A stretch of 64,000 bases of DNA from Chiloscyllium plagiosum (lineage: Eukaryota). Shown one piece after another: positions 37,889 through 50,021 of the stretch. The notes under the pieces were generated by a model, which was not told where the DNA came from, ran no database searches, and saw only the letters and a list, made by a program, of their open reading frames with translations. Location of the stretch: the NCBI RefSeq assembly GCF_004010195.1, contig NC_057718.1, positions 78,666,935 through 78,730,934 on the forward strand, in the 5' to 3' direction. A program made the translations under genes and the position numbers. Numbering within the stretch: position 1 is the first letter of the stretch; each line of letters opens with the position of its first letter.

Positions 37889-37923
37889 CACCTGATGAAG
37901 GAGCGTCGCTCCGAAAGCTAGTG
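37889..37923 (+). ncRNA. Minimal type I hammerhead ribozyme motif (PLE-associated)
   Basis: cac CUGAUGA A GGAGC guc GCUCC GAAA GC UA gug: conserved core, 5 bp stem II, palindromic AGCU in place of stem III, 3 bp stem I. Confidence 0.75.
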
Positions 37924-38639
37924 TGCTTCCAATTAAACCTGTTGGACTATAACCTGGTGTTGTGTGATTTTTAACTTCATTGATCAGAGTATTGAGTACA
38001 GGAGTTGAGATGTCATGTTACAGCTGTACAAGCCACTGGTAAGGCCACATTTGGAGTACTGTGTGCAATTCTGGCCTCACTGCTACAGGCAGCAGTTATT
38101 AAACTGGAAAGAGTGCAAAAATGATTTATTAAGATGTTACCATGACTGGAAGGTTTGAGTTATAAGGAGAGGTTGTTTAGGTTGAGACTTTTTTCCCTGG
38201 AGTGTAGGAGGTTGAGGGATGATCTGGTAGAGGTTTTATAAAATCAGAAGGGGCAGAGATAAAGTGAATTTCCAAGGGACTTTCCCTGGAGAAGGGAAGT
38301 CCAAAACTAGAGGACACAGGTTTAAGATGAGAGAGAAGATATTTAAAAGTGAGGGTCAACTTATTCACACAGAGCATGGCGCATATGTGAAACAAGCTGG
38401 AAAAGCAAGTGGTAGCAATGGCTACACTTAGAACATTTAAAATACATTTGGACAGTACATGGGTAGAAAAGATTTAGAGGGATATAGGTTAAATGCAGGC
38501 AAATGGGACTAGTTCAGTTTAGGAAACGTGGTCAGCATGGTGTTTCCCCAGTGTCTGACTTTATGACAAAATCAAGTAATCATATGCATAACTGTAAAGA
38601 AGTGTTTATTTCCTGCTTTTTAAAAAAATGATGGTCTTA

Positions 38640-41620
38640 CAGAATCTACTAGAACACGACCGAATGGCTCCTCAAATACTGATAGAGGAATCAGAGATGC
38701 TGGTTTAATCACATGTTGAAGTTTATCTAAACTTGACAAGTATGACATGTTTTACAAAACTGTACTACACCTTTATGTTCAGGTAAAATACCCGTTTATG
38801 GGCATCTGAGTTTTTGAAACCCCCTCCCATGTTCTGCCCGAGGAATCTCATGAGCTACTCAGAATATCTCTTCATGATAGCCGGATCATGCAACTATCTG
38901 ATGTACAACCACTCATTCTTTATCTTTGGTTCACTTCTTCATCAGCACTCCATTCTTAAGAACTAGTGCTTTGTAATTCTTTCAGCCTCTATCTCAGTTT
39001 GAGATGACTGTGCTAATTTATTTAATTCAGGGTCTGCTTTTTGTGCCATAATTGGGCACATCATAGCAAACACACCACCTGGATTATCTTCACCCTTTAG
39101 GAAAGTATCAGTTACACTTTCACTTGGTTGTGGTGTCACATCAACCCATATTGATGGATTTTATTTAACCATTGCCCTGGTAACCACACCAGGGAAGGAA
39201 AAATACCAGGAAGCTGTTCCTGTAACTGTCCTGCTTCTTGCAGTTCCTTTTGACATTCTGTAATTTTGGGTGAAGCTACTAACTTTAGTCCTGCCAAATC
39301 ATTATCCAGAAGTAAGTTTACTCCTGTAACATTAATGTTTTTACTACTTCCCTTGATAACAAATCACATTTTAGTTGTACTTTATAAAATGGCATCAGAA
39401 TATATTCTCCATCAATCCCATTTATTAATACTTTAGCTATCACTGCAATCCCTTTCTCCAGTGAAAGTGATTGTGTTGCCCCTATACCTTTTAGTATGGT
39501 TATGGGTTTAGCTACCTCACCTGAAGAAAGAGCAGTCACCTTCTCTTTTTACAAAAATCCTGCATCCTTCTCATCTACCTTATACATCTCTTTTGTAATG
39601 ATAGAATTCACCAGGGGCCTTTTTGTTATAGTTACAATCTGGTCTGTGGTGCTATCCTTTTATGTTCCTTGTTTAACTCATTTTTACTGACTTCTATAGT
39701 CCCACCTGAATGCACATGGCCCAAATTATTACAAGAGAAATATTTAAGCTTCTGAACTTCACCTCCACTCTCAGCCATTTTCTTTCTAATCTGAGGAGGA
39801 GTTCTTGGGACACTCCCTACTGTCCCCTCCCTCCCTGCCTTCCTTTCATTCTCCCATTTTTTATTCCTCTTGAACATCTGAAGATGATGGAACAAAGGTT
39901 CATGGATCAGTTCATAATCATCAGCTGTTTGTCTGGCCTTTACTACCCTTTGACCTTTTACATGAGTTCTGATTGCAGAAGGTAAGGAAGGTTTAAATTA
40001 TTTGAAAAGAATAATTTCCCTGACACTCTTCCCAGCCTTTAACATTCATATCCACATATAAAAATTATATTCTGTTTAACTTTTTCAAACTCACTATAAG
40101 TATGTCCAAGTTGGTCCCCTATGTTCCGAAACCTCTGCCTGTACGCTTCTAGGACCAACTCATATGCACCTAGAATTGGCCTTTTCGTTTCATCGTAATA
40201 CCCAGAATATTCTTCTGACATGGATGCATTATTCTCTTGTGCTTTACCTTTCACTTTTCATGGGCAAGACCTAATCTGCTTTTGACCACCTCATTTCTGT
40301 TGCTATATCCTCAAATGACATGGATTAGCCGGGCCACTGCACAGAGAGGAATCAGTTGGAGACATGCTTCTGAAAGTGAGATGTTAGCCAGGAGGCTGCA
40401 GAGACATGGAGGTACCAGTTGCTGACAGGGGCTAGGAATGGTCAATATATAAAAAACTGCTAACATGCAGGGGAAAACAGCTTGTGAACTAAAAATGAGC
40501 AGAGTCCAGGTACTGTTGGATGCCAATCATATTGTTGAGAAAAAAAAGTAAGAAAGGAGGTAATGCAGAAGCCTTATTTGGATGAGGGGCAATGAGGTAG
40601 TGCTCCCTAGCTCCTTGATCCAGAGTCAATAAAGTAAAGACAAACAAAAGTGAATGAACCCTAGTCAATGGGAAAAAGACACCATGACTCGAGAAAGATA
40701 AGGAAAGAGGATAAAAGAAGACCCTCGAGGTATACAGGCAGCGACAACTCTGGAGATCCACCATCGGTGCGGTGCGGTGTGAAAGCAGCCTGTGGCCAAT
40801 GTCAGTTCTCCTCAGCAGCAGCCAAACAGTTATCCAGATCGGGTATCATCAGGTGACTACTGAAGGAGTGTCAGGGGACTCGAGAGGGTGTATAAATAAG
40901 TTTTTAATACAGTTTGTGTGAAAATATATAAGCTGCAGTTTGTAAGAGAGCATATAAAGAGTGCATAGTTTAATACATTAATAACGTTACTTACAAAGCT
41001 AGAAGAATTGACTCTTCTCCTTTGTGGCTGCACACACCAGTAGCTGCAGCCAGCTCAAACAGGCATCAACGCATGAAAAAGGTTTCCATGTCATTCTGTT
41101 CAAATTTTGGCAAAGCCTGCACAACCTTAAACATCTCCAGACTGAACTGTGGATTTTGACTAAAAGGTTCCTCTTCCAAGTCTTCCCTATCATTTGGTTT
41201 AGCTTACCCAAGCTACATCATTTTAAATTTAAATTCCTGTTCTCTCTCTCTCTTCTTCCTCTCTTTCTTCTCTTCTGCTCTTTCTCTTTTTCTTACCTCT
41301 CTTTCTCTTTTATGTACTTTGGGATTCCAGTTCTTTAAGTTCTAACTCTCTTTGGAATTTCATTCTCAATTTTCTAATTTCCATTTGCCTGAACTGCAAG
41401 TCAAGGTTCATTAATGCATCTGATAAACTATCTGTCCCACTCGGCCTCTCTACTTTCACTAAACCCAACTGTCCCATTATTAAATGTTTTTGGCTTGATC
41501 TGTCACCTTTAATCGAGTCTGCTGGCTATCTTTATTATTTTATCTTTAGTTAGACTTTGCAACCGCACCAGGGAAATTTCTGACATTTTCAAAAACACTT
41601 TAACAATTTCCAGTGCCATC
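38640..41620 (-). mobile_element. Gmr1-like Gypsy gag-protease-integrase(N-term) remnant, interrupted ~40298-41071
   Basis: gag MALEIVKSVF..., E/K/R-rich coiled coil, FKVVQALPKFEQNDMETFF, ILGAYELVLEAYRQRFRN; protease-like PITILKGIGATQSL; then an integrase Zn-finger-like remnant (~38900-38640) with no RT in between. Confidence 0.72.
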
Positions 41621-41730
41621 TTAAATCTGGGTACAAACCTGATGTCTCATTACCCACCTTATAACCAAAATCCAAATCCAGACCTACCTTGTCTGTGTTT
41701 CAATATCCTGGACTGAAACCCTTAATGTAT

Positions 41731-43172
41731 TGTGACACAAAGACAGACACCCAAACTAAATCAGCCTTTCCATTTCTCTATTCACAATGCAGTCAAATTA
41801 CATGAAAACTGAAAAAAAACTGTAGATGCTGTAAATCAGAAACGAAAACAGAAATTGCTGGAAGAGCTCAGGAGGTCTGGCAGCATCTGCAGAGAGAAAC
41901 AAAAGTTAATGCTTTGGGTCCAGTGACCCTTCCTCAGAAATGATGGCAGCTAGGAAAAGGATGGCTTCTGTGTAAAAGCTGGGATAGGGGAAGGGGATAA
42001 GGAGTAAATGATAGGTGGACATAGAGCTTAAAGGGAATGAGGAACAGTTGGACAGACTAAGGAGTGGATAACATTCAAGCTAGAAGAGTGAATAGCTGTT
42101 AGTGATTGACAATCCCAATTAACAGCCATTTACCTGTCTAGCATAATAACCCGATAATCCTTATCCATTCCTTTGTCTGTCTCTCCTCTCCTTTCCTTCT
42201 CTCTCTTTGGGCTCTATACCCACCTATTGTTTATGCTTTTCCCCCTTCCCCGTCCCATCTCCTGCATAAAAAGTAATATTTTCCTAGCTGCCATCAATTC
42301 TGAGGAAGGGTCACTGAACCCAAAATGTTAACCCTGATTTCTTTCCATGAATGCTGCCAGCCCTGCTGAGTTTTTCCAGCAATTTCTCTTTTTGTTGCAA
42401 TAAAATTAAAACCTTCAAAGTTCCTCAAAATTGACCCCAACTGTTCCTCACCAGACATTTGAATAACTGCTCCCAGCCTCTGCAAATAATCAGTTTCAGA
42501 CACTGATATGTATCCGAAACAATTGGCTTAGCAATTTACTAACAATAAAGTAGCTTTAGCAGAGTAAAATTAAATAACAAAGTAATCTAATTGGTCCATG
42601 TTATAAACCCAAGAACTTTTGGTTCCAGCACCATTCTCACAAAAGGCAGACTGACAAACACTGGTAAGAGATAAATAAAAGAAAATAACAAAACTGTCCA
42701 AAGTCTATTTAGGTGGTCTTCGTAATATGTTCTTCCACAGGCATAAGTAATGATTTCTTGGTTTATTTTCTGAAAGTGTTGATCAGGTCACCTGTACAGT
42801 TCACCTAGATAAAGGCAGTAATGCTTAAAATGTAATTCTTTATTCTCTGAGATTCTAAGAGATTCATGGGAAGTAGGCAGGGAGCTTTCAAATCTTCATG
42901 CTGTAGCATTTACTGCCAGATTCCTTTTTGTTTCAGAAAACATGGTCCAAAACCCAATTCAAAGTCTGACCACTCCCTGACCTACTGACTGTTGTCTTCA
43001 CTGGATTCCAGTTACCATTCAACATCTGTCATCTATTTGAGCATTAGATCTTTTCCAGACTTGCTGGAACCAATTCCCAGAGACTGACCTTGTTAACAGC
43101 CAGCCTCTGCTAAAAGTCAACCGTAGTCCAAAAGTTCAAAAGACATCTTTAGCTCACAGTTCCCCGTTCACA
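41731..43172 (-). mobile_element. Probable 5' LTR of the Gmr1-like element
   Basis: Bounded by TGTGA...TCACA. Followed on minus by aagggtttcagtccaggat, a decayed match to a tRNA-Pro type PBS, then the gag start. Confidence 0.4.
41810..42398. mobile_element. Penelope-like family C inverted-repeat insertion (long arms, diverged)
   Basis: Inverted arms including gtgacccttcctcagaa / ttctgaggaagggtcac hammerhead-like cores. Confidence 0.78.
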
Positions 43173-43244
43173 TCTCCAAACCAAAATTGGTAAAAGAATC
43201 ATGTTGGATGGTGTGGTGCTTGTCATTTTAATCCTCATCCTTTA

Positions 43245-43553
43245 TTAGATTACTTACAGTGTGGAAACAGGCCCTTCGGCCCAACAAGTCCACACTGACC
43301 CGCCGAAGCGTAACCCACCCATACCCCTACATTTACCCCTTTTACCTAACACTACGGGCAATTTAGCGTGGCCAATTCACCTGACTTGCACATCTTTGGA
43401 CTGTGGGAGGAAACCGGAGCCCCCGGAGGAAACCCACGCAGACACGGGGAGAACGTGCAAACTCCACACAGTCAGTCGCCTGAGTCGGGAATTGAACCCG
43501 GGTCTCTGGCGCTGCGAGGCAGCAGTGCTAACCACTGTGCCACCGTGCCGCCC
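43245..43553 (-). mobile_element. HE1/V-SINE-like SINE, full length, young
   Basis: Pol III A box tggcacagtgg, B box ggttcaattcc, conserved core ggtttcctcccacagtccaaagatgtgca, tail ctgtaagtaatctaa. Confidence 0.9.
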
Positions 43554-43621
43554 ATACTGTGCCACCGTGTCGCCCATACTGTGCCACCGTGCCGCCCATA
43601 CTGTGCCACCGTGCCGCCCAT
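43534..43621. repeat. 22 bp tandem repeat x4 formed from the SINE 5' end
   Basis: ACTGTGCCACCGTGCCGCCCAT x4, one substitution. Confidence 0.95.
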
Positions 43622-44549
43622 ATGAGGAGAGGATTCTGACAGCCCTGAACAGAGATTGGACTGCTATCAGAGACTGCCCTTGACTTACTGTGCTAGTCTC
43701 CACTGAATGAAGACTATATCCCTTCACTTGACGGAGGCCAGCTGTCAACTACAACAAGTTTCCTGGTTTGTGTCTGCATTAAATGGCACGAAGCTACAGC
43801 AGTGACCTGAAGTTGGTATTTCTGGCTGAGAAGACAAAGTGCAAGTTGCTAAGTCAAGGCAGGCATACTTTGAGCATTCAGGTAGGCTCACAGTGATTGA
43901 GCACCATGAGAGCAAAGAGCCCAGAGATGCAGCCGGGTTCAGCCCACGAACTGGGTGCACATACCTCAGCATAGCTGCAGCATTATAATGAAAGCCTGAG
44001 GTGCATTATTAATTGCAGAATTATCCTGAATGAGGATTGAAGTTGTGCCATGAAGCTGCTTAAAGGCTAGCATGTGTTAGGTATCAATCTCCATGGACAG
44101 GCAGTATTGTAAGGCAGGTCCTTATGGATCATGTCCTGAGATGGAGATGTCCAGTTTCAATTCAGATATTGTTGGGAACCTGGGGTGAGTTGATCTGCTG
44201 GGTGCTCACGCTGGTATCCTTGTTGCATTTTCCTGCCATTGAGCTTGTTTGGTGAGTTGGGAAGATGGGAGACTGAAGGGCAAAGGATGTTGAGGGCTAT
44301 AATGACAGAGAGATGGAGGCAGCACCACAAGCAGAAGACTTGGGAACTTACTTGTGGGCATTGCTGGCCAGGGAGATGGGGGAATGGCAGTTGTGAAGGA
44401 GAGTAACTGTATTTGTAAGGGTGAAATATGGTAATGCATAGATAAGAACAAAGTCATGTGGGGAGTGAACAATGTATTGACCACACCTAGCATGGTCACT
44501 ATGTATGCTAGGGCTAAAAATAGACGAAGGTGGGCAGGAGCAGGTTCAC

Positions 44550-45200
44550 GGAGATGGTTGGACAGGTGTGGAATCTCTGGAATGAAGAGTGGCTGTTATT
44601 CACTCCCTGCAGGAGTGGCCCCATTCTTTTCCAGCAAGGGGCAGTATGCTCTCCTCGTTGTGGGTGAGGAGTCTGTTGTCAGTCCTGGCCCTTTGATTGT
44701 GAACTGTCCTCTCCTGGAAAGAGAAAAAGGGAGGGATTCAGAGAGTGGCACAGCTATTAGTTCTGGTAAAGGTAGTCAGAATGTGTGAGGTGGCCCTGGT
44801 GAGTGAGTAGGTGGCGCAGAGGCCATAGAGGGTTAATGGTGTGGGAGGTTCAAAGGGTGATGAGTTTGAGTGAGGGAAGATGTTGCATGCAATTGTGAGA
44901 GTAGCAGAACAAGTGCCTTAGTGACAGAGAGGAGCCTTAGCAGGTACAGTGGGAATGTGTGGTAGCAGAGAGAAGAGTGTAGTACTCACACTGGCAAAGC
45001 AGAGGTTGTTGACCTTCTGCTGTCCATTCCTCTGCACCATGGAGACTGTACTGAACTCAGACTGGGCTGTCGAGATCTGCTGTTGTGGTCTCCTCTGCCA
45101 GTCTTCCTGAAGGATGGCTCCTTCTCCACATTACCTTCTTCATCAGGATCTTCAGATCCTTATCAGAGAATTGGGTTGTCACCTTCCTGTTCTCTGACAC
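44550..45200 (-). mobile_element. PIF/Harbinger Myb/SANT-like gene remnant (two exons)
   Basis: RKVTTQFSDKDLKILMKKV...TVSMVQRNGQQKVNNL, then a gtgagta donor (~44985); second exon after ttccag encodes ERTVHNQRART...LLTHNEESILPLAG. Confidence 0.55.
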
Positions 45201-46701
45201 CTTGACAGTACTTGTCAGGGTGCAGAATGGTCTTTACAATAGGGCAAAGGCACCAGGAATACTCCTCTGTTGGTGGATATCTGCTGAGTGGTTTAGTGAA
45301 ATACAGACTTTAAAAGAAATATGATTGAAACTTATAAAATGTAAGAGGGATACTCAGTCTTGATAAATAACTTATTTGACTGGGATAGGGACAGTCAGAC
45401 TTTAAGTCATGTCTACAAAGTCCAATGGCAAATGTTGGTTTGCCTGTCAGAATTTTTTTTTTGTGACTGGGATCACTTTCTGGAACAAACTGCAGAGACA
45501 TTTAGTAATCATAGAATCATTACTTTGAAACTTGAGATTGCATTGCCAGTTAGAGTAAGTGACATTCAGTAGCAGTTATAAGAGCAATGTGGAATTGCTG
45601 ACACCTGGACCTTGTTTAGTTGTCTTGGGAAGTTCCTGAATTGGCTCCATAGGTGATAGTGCTTTTAATAGCTCAGGAAGCTGATGTTGACCAGCTGAGG
45701 TGGGCTTGAAATGTTAGATTTTAAGGCTAGTTGTTGAAATTTTAAAATGCAAAGTCTCTGTACAGCCTGAAAATGTGGGAGACATGTACTTTATAACCTC
45801 CATGAACTTTGTTTACAAAAGTTAAACTTGTTTGCAGAACTGAAATCACTGAAACAAACTTTGGCTCGCTCACCTTTACTGGAAAAGTTTTATCAATAAA
45901 ATTGATAAGCGGAGTAGATCAACCACTAAAGTCTCAGCAGGATGTTGGTCTTCGAGGGGTGGAGGTTCTTCAAAGCATTTCATTGCAAAACTTGGAGGCA
46001 GACTCACACACTCTATTATTTAAAGAGTTTCCAACACAGAATCACAATATATGTTCCCTATCCAAGGGCTTTCCAGCTCATTGTAGGATTGTAGTTAGTA
46101 ATTGTTAATTGTTGATTTGCGGCAACATTTGTAATTGCTTTACAATTGCTAAATTAGCCATTTAACATGGTTCCATGACAGTATGAAAGATCAATAGCAG
46201 ATCCTATTCGATAAGGTAGCAGAATAGTGTCATCTGTGATCAGGTAGTATTTGTTTCAAATATGATAGTTAGATTTATGGTGCTATGTTTTTAATGTATC
46301 ATAAAACTAAAGCTGTCATGCCACTTTTCAGCATTCTGTCAAGATCAAGCCTGGATAACGTGTTTGCTATGGATTTAAGGTGGGGTTGATTGGAGTGTGG
46401 GGACACGTGTTATTTTACTGGGAAGATTTTGTAAGGTGCTCACACTTGTAGATAATAGCAGAAATATCTCAGTTGACAGTAGATAAAGCTGTTAGTCTCC
46501 CAAGTGCAGGGAGATATTAAGAATGCCAGATCGTACTTTAAAACATTAATTTGTTTCTGAGATAGAATAAAGATACCTAATGTAGCATCGGTGAACACCC
46601 CCGACCCCCTGCTAACATTTCTATCTGCATACAAGACCCATATGATTCATATTCCCATGAAAATGGGGATGCAATACCCTAATGGTATTACTATTAGATT
46701 A

Positions 46702-46812
46702 GGAGAAAGTTAGGAGATTCCTGAAGAAGGGCTCATGTCCGAAATGTCGATTCTCCCGCTCCTTGGATGCTGCCTGACCTGCTGCGCTTTTCCAGCAACG
46801 CATTTTCAGCTC
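46702..46812. mobile_element. Penelope-like family A insertion
   Basis: TSD TTACTATTAGATTA at 46688-46701 and 46813-46826. Confidence 0.85.
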
Positions 46813-46838
46813 TTACTATTAGATTATTAAAGTAGACA

Positions 46839-47058
46839 AGGGAAATTGGGGACTGCAGATGCTGGAGATCAGAATGGAGTGTGTGGTACTGGAAAAGCAC
46901 AGCAGGTCAGGCAGCATCCGAGGAGCAGGAGAATCGACATTTTGGGTATAAGCCCTTATCAGAATTCTTGATGAAGGGCTTATGCCCGAAATGTCAATTC
47001 TCCTGCTGCTCTGATACTGCCTGACCTGCTGTGCTTTTCCAGCACTACACTCTCGACG
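46839..47058. mobile_element. Penelope-like family A palindromic insertion
   Basis: TSD ATTAAAGTAGACA at 46826-46838 and 47059-47071; inverted arms with central hammerhead-like cores. Confidence 0.85.
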
Positions 47059-48298
47059 ATTAAAGTAGACACCCAGGTAATGTTCTGGTAGAATTTTGAA
47101 ATTAAAAAAAATTGGAAATAATGTTCTAATGAAAACATGAAACCGTTGTCAATTGTCGGAAAATCCATTTCATTCACTAACATCCTTTGCAGAAGGAAAT
47201 ATGCCATCCTTACCTGGTCTAGCCTACCTGTAACTCCAGACCCACAGCAAAGTAGCTCACTCTGAACTGTCCTCTTTGCAATTAGGGATTGGTAATAAAC
47301 GCTGTTCTATCGAGTGATGCCCACATCTGTGAATTAATTTTAAAGCATATGCCTAAAGGGGAGGTTGCAAAGGATAAAATTACTAGATTTTCCTAAAATA
47401 AATCCCTGATTTTCACAGACAAGGCAGCCTGCCAAAATTGAAGAGAAAGGGAACAGATAAAGATGACATGTTTCTCTGGTTCACCAGGCAGGAATGAGAG
47501 TGAGAGGTTGGCTCTGACTGATCAGACAAAATTCGAGAGGATTGAAAATGAGGCTGGAACATTCACTTAGCTTGAATGAGGGGGTGCTTTCAAGAAAATT
47601 CTTATCTTTTAAAAGAGTTCTGGAGTTACCATTCTGGATAAGAGTAGAAGTAAACCATCAAGAAATATTATGAATGGTTTCAGATTGATTCTGGGAGAAT
47701 TCAGTTTTACAGTCCAAGTGGAATGCAAGGTATTAGTTTGTTTGAATTGTTAATCGACAAGTTCTGTATTGTAATTTTAAAGTATCTGTTTCCAACAAAA
47801 ATGGTGTGTAATCATCAGTGAACACACTCCACCCCACCTCCCCGGTTCTGTTCTTGTGATACAGGGAAGGTCATTGATAAAACAGGCAAAAATGGTTGGC
47901 CCTAGGACCTACCAAAATTTTTTTTAAAAGATATGGAACTCAAAAGAGAGGAAAAGAAAATGTGGAAATTTGAATTAGTACACCAAAGAAAGCAATTTAA
48001 AAAAATTCTTGAATTTCAAAGAGTAAAAGAAAGGCAAATATTTGACTGCATGGGAGTATTGCATTTTGGTAAACAAGCAAGAGCAGGTATTATAGAATTA
48101 AAAGTAGGGCCTTGGGTCGTGTTGTAAAACAGAGAGACCTAGGGGTTCAGGTACATATTACTTTGAAGTTTGGATCACATGTAGACAGGGTTATTCAGAA
48201 GGTATTTGTTGCCTTCATTGCTCAGACCATTGAGTATAGAAGTTGGGAAATCATGTTGAGGTTGTACAGGATATTGGTGTGACCACTTCTGGAGTACC

Positions 48299-49071
48299 TA
48301 GGAGAAAATGAGGACTGCAGATGCTGGAGATCAGAGTTGAAAAATGTTGTGCTGGAAAAACACAGCAGGCCAGGCAACATCCGAGGAGCAGGAGAATCGA
48401 CGTTTCGGGCATAAGCCCTTCTTCAGGAATGAGGCTGGTGTGCCAAGCGGGCTGAGATAAAAGGTAGGGGGTAGCGGATTTGGGAGAGGGGCGCTGGGAA
48501 TACGATAGGTGGAAGGAGGTGAGGATGAGGGTGATAGGCCAGAGAGGGGGTGGGGGCGGAGAGGTCGGGAATAAGATTGCATGTCAAGAGGGTGGTGCTG
48601 AATCCGGGGCGCTCATCTTCCGCCTAGGAACCTTCCAACCACACGGGATGAATGTAGATTTCTCCAGCTTCCTCATTTCCCCTCCCCCCACCTTATCTCA
48701 GTCCCAACCCCCGGATTCAGCACCGCCCTCTTGACCTGCAATCTTCTTCCNNNNNNNNNNNNNNNNNNNNNNNNNNNNNNNNNNNNNNNNNNNNNNNNNN
48801 NNNNNNNNNNNNNNNNNNNNNNNNNNNNNNNNNNNNNNNNNNNNNNNNNNTCCGCCCCCACCCCCTCTCCGGCCTATCACCCTCACCCTCACCTCCTTCC
48901 ACCTGTCGTATTCCCAGTGCCCCTCTCCCAAATTCCCTCCCCCCTATCCTTTATCTCAGCCCGCTTGGCACACCAGCCTCATTCCTGAAGAAGGGCTTAT
49001 CCCCAAAGTGTCGATTCTCCTGCTCCTCGGATGCTGCCTGGCCTGCTGTGTTTTTCCAGCACCACATTTTT
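48299..49071. mobile_element. Penelope-like family A element with inverted pseudo-LTRs and GIY-YIG C-terminus
   Basis: 15 bp TSD CACTTCTGGAGTACC at 48284-48298 and 49072-49086; central LIFRLGTFQPHGMNVDFSSFL (48610-48680, +); hammerhead core intact on minus at ~48397-48429. Confidence 0.87.
48751..48850. other. Assembly gap (100 N)
   Basis: Run of exactly 100 N. Confidence 1.
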
Positions 49072-50021
49072 CACTTCTGGAGTACCGTTCTGGTTACCCT
49101 GTTATAGGAAAAATATTATTTACCTGAAGAGGGTTCAGAGAAAGATATTGCTGGGAATGAAAGTCTTGAGATTTAGGGAGAGGCTGGATAGGCTGGGAGT
49201 TTTTTCACTGGAGAGTAAGAGGTTGAGGGGGGAGCTTATAGAGGGGTATAGGTAAGGTGAGTGTCAGGTTTCTTTTTCCTATGGTGGGGTTTTTAAGACT
49301 AGGGGACATATTTTTAAGGTGAGAGAAGAAAGGTTTAAAAAGGACACAAGAAGCAATTTTTTTACACAGAAAGTGGCTTATTTGTGGGATAAGTAGTTAC
49401 AATGTTTAAAAGATATTTGGATAAGTACATGAATAAGAAAGATTTAGAGGGATATGGGCTAAGACAGTTGGGAACTGGTTTGTTTCAGATTATGGTTGGC
49501 TTGAACTAGTTGGAGTGAAGAATCTGTTTCCATGTTTTATGCTTCTATGATCTATTTAAACTGGACAGAGAAAGACTCCGACTATATAAAGCATATTTCA
49601 CTCTTGGTTTTGATTTAGCAAGAAATATTTGCCTATTGTACAAAGGTAGTGAGAAAGGATTTGAAATGTATTTTCACTCAATTTTAAAATTACTGCAAAG
49701 TTACAATGCCCCAGAGAAATTTGAAAAATTATGTTAGTGTTTTGCTAGGAAGAGCATTATAGGTTAATTCAACACTGGGGTAAACAGGTTCAGATTACCA
49801 GCTGAATGTTATGTTTCTTTTGGCTAAGTCTGGGTTGTGTTGAGCTGTTTAGAGAATTTGCCACCGTGAGGCCCAATGAACTCCCTCACCTGACTTTCAT
49901 GTCATTGTACCATGCACTGATCCCACAACAACTTGCTACTTACCAGATACCCTGGAAATCACTGACATCCCTTGTATCTGCACCATCTCTAAAAGCCCAT
50001 TGTGCACGTGGCCAGGCACTG

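Larger units (their letters stand above)
37487..37977. mobile_element. Penelope-like family B: ~450 bp near-perfect palindrome
   Basis: Arms 37525-37748 and 37755-37977 with a 6 nt loop; TSD CTTCATTGATCAG at 37474-37486 and 37975-37987. Confidence 0.85.
37135..38565 (+). mobile_element. CR1 LINE (RT to 3' end) split by PLE family B
   Basis: IYINYLDVNIRGMVSKFAIDTKLGG...EWQMEFN; CR1 resumes at 37978 after the TSD. Confidence 0.88.
46670..47343 (+). mobile_element. SacSINE1-like SINE interrupted by two PLE insertions
   Basis: Head taatggtattactattagatt, body ccttacctggtctagcctacctgtaactccagacccacagcaa, tail gcaattagggattggtaataaa. Confidence 0.72.
48050..49550 (+). mobile_element. CR1 LINE 3' portion split by a PLE insertion
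   Basis: CR1 ORF2 C-terminal motifs on both sides of 48299-49071 (FWLPCYRK...RLRGELIEGY). Confidence 0.85.

Noticed and set aside
43534..43621. Short direct repeats here and at 22013-22048 as CRISPR-like arrays
   Set aside because: No spacers, eukaryotic context; simple tandem repeats.
45460..46360. Possible solo LTRs here and at ~47400-47860
   Set aside because: Only weak TG...CA-like ends, no TSD or second copy in the window.
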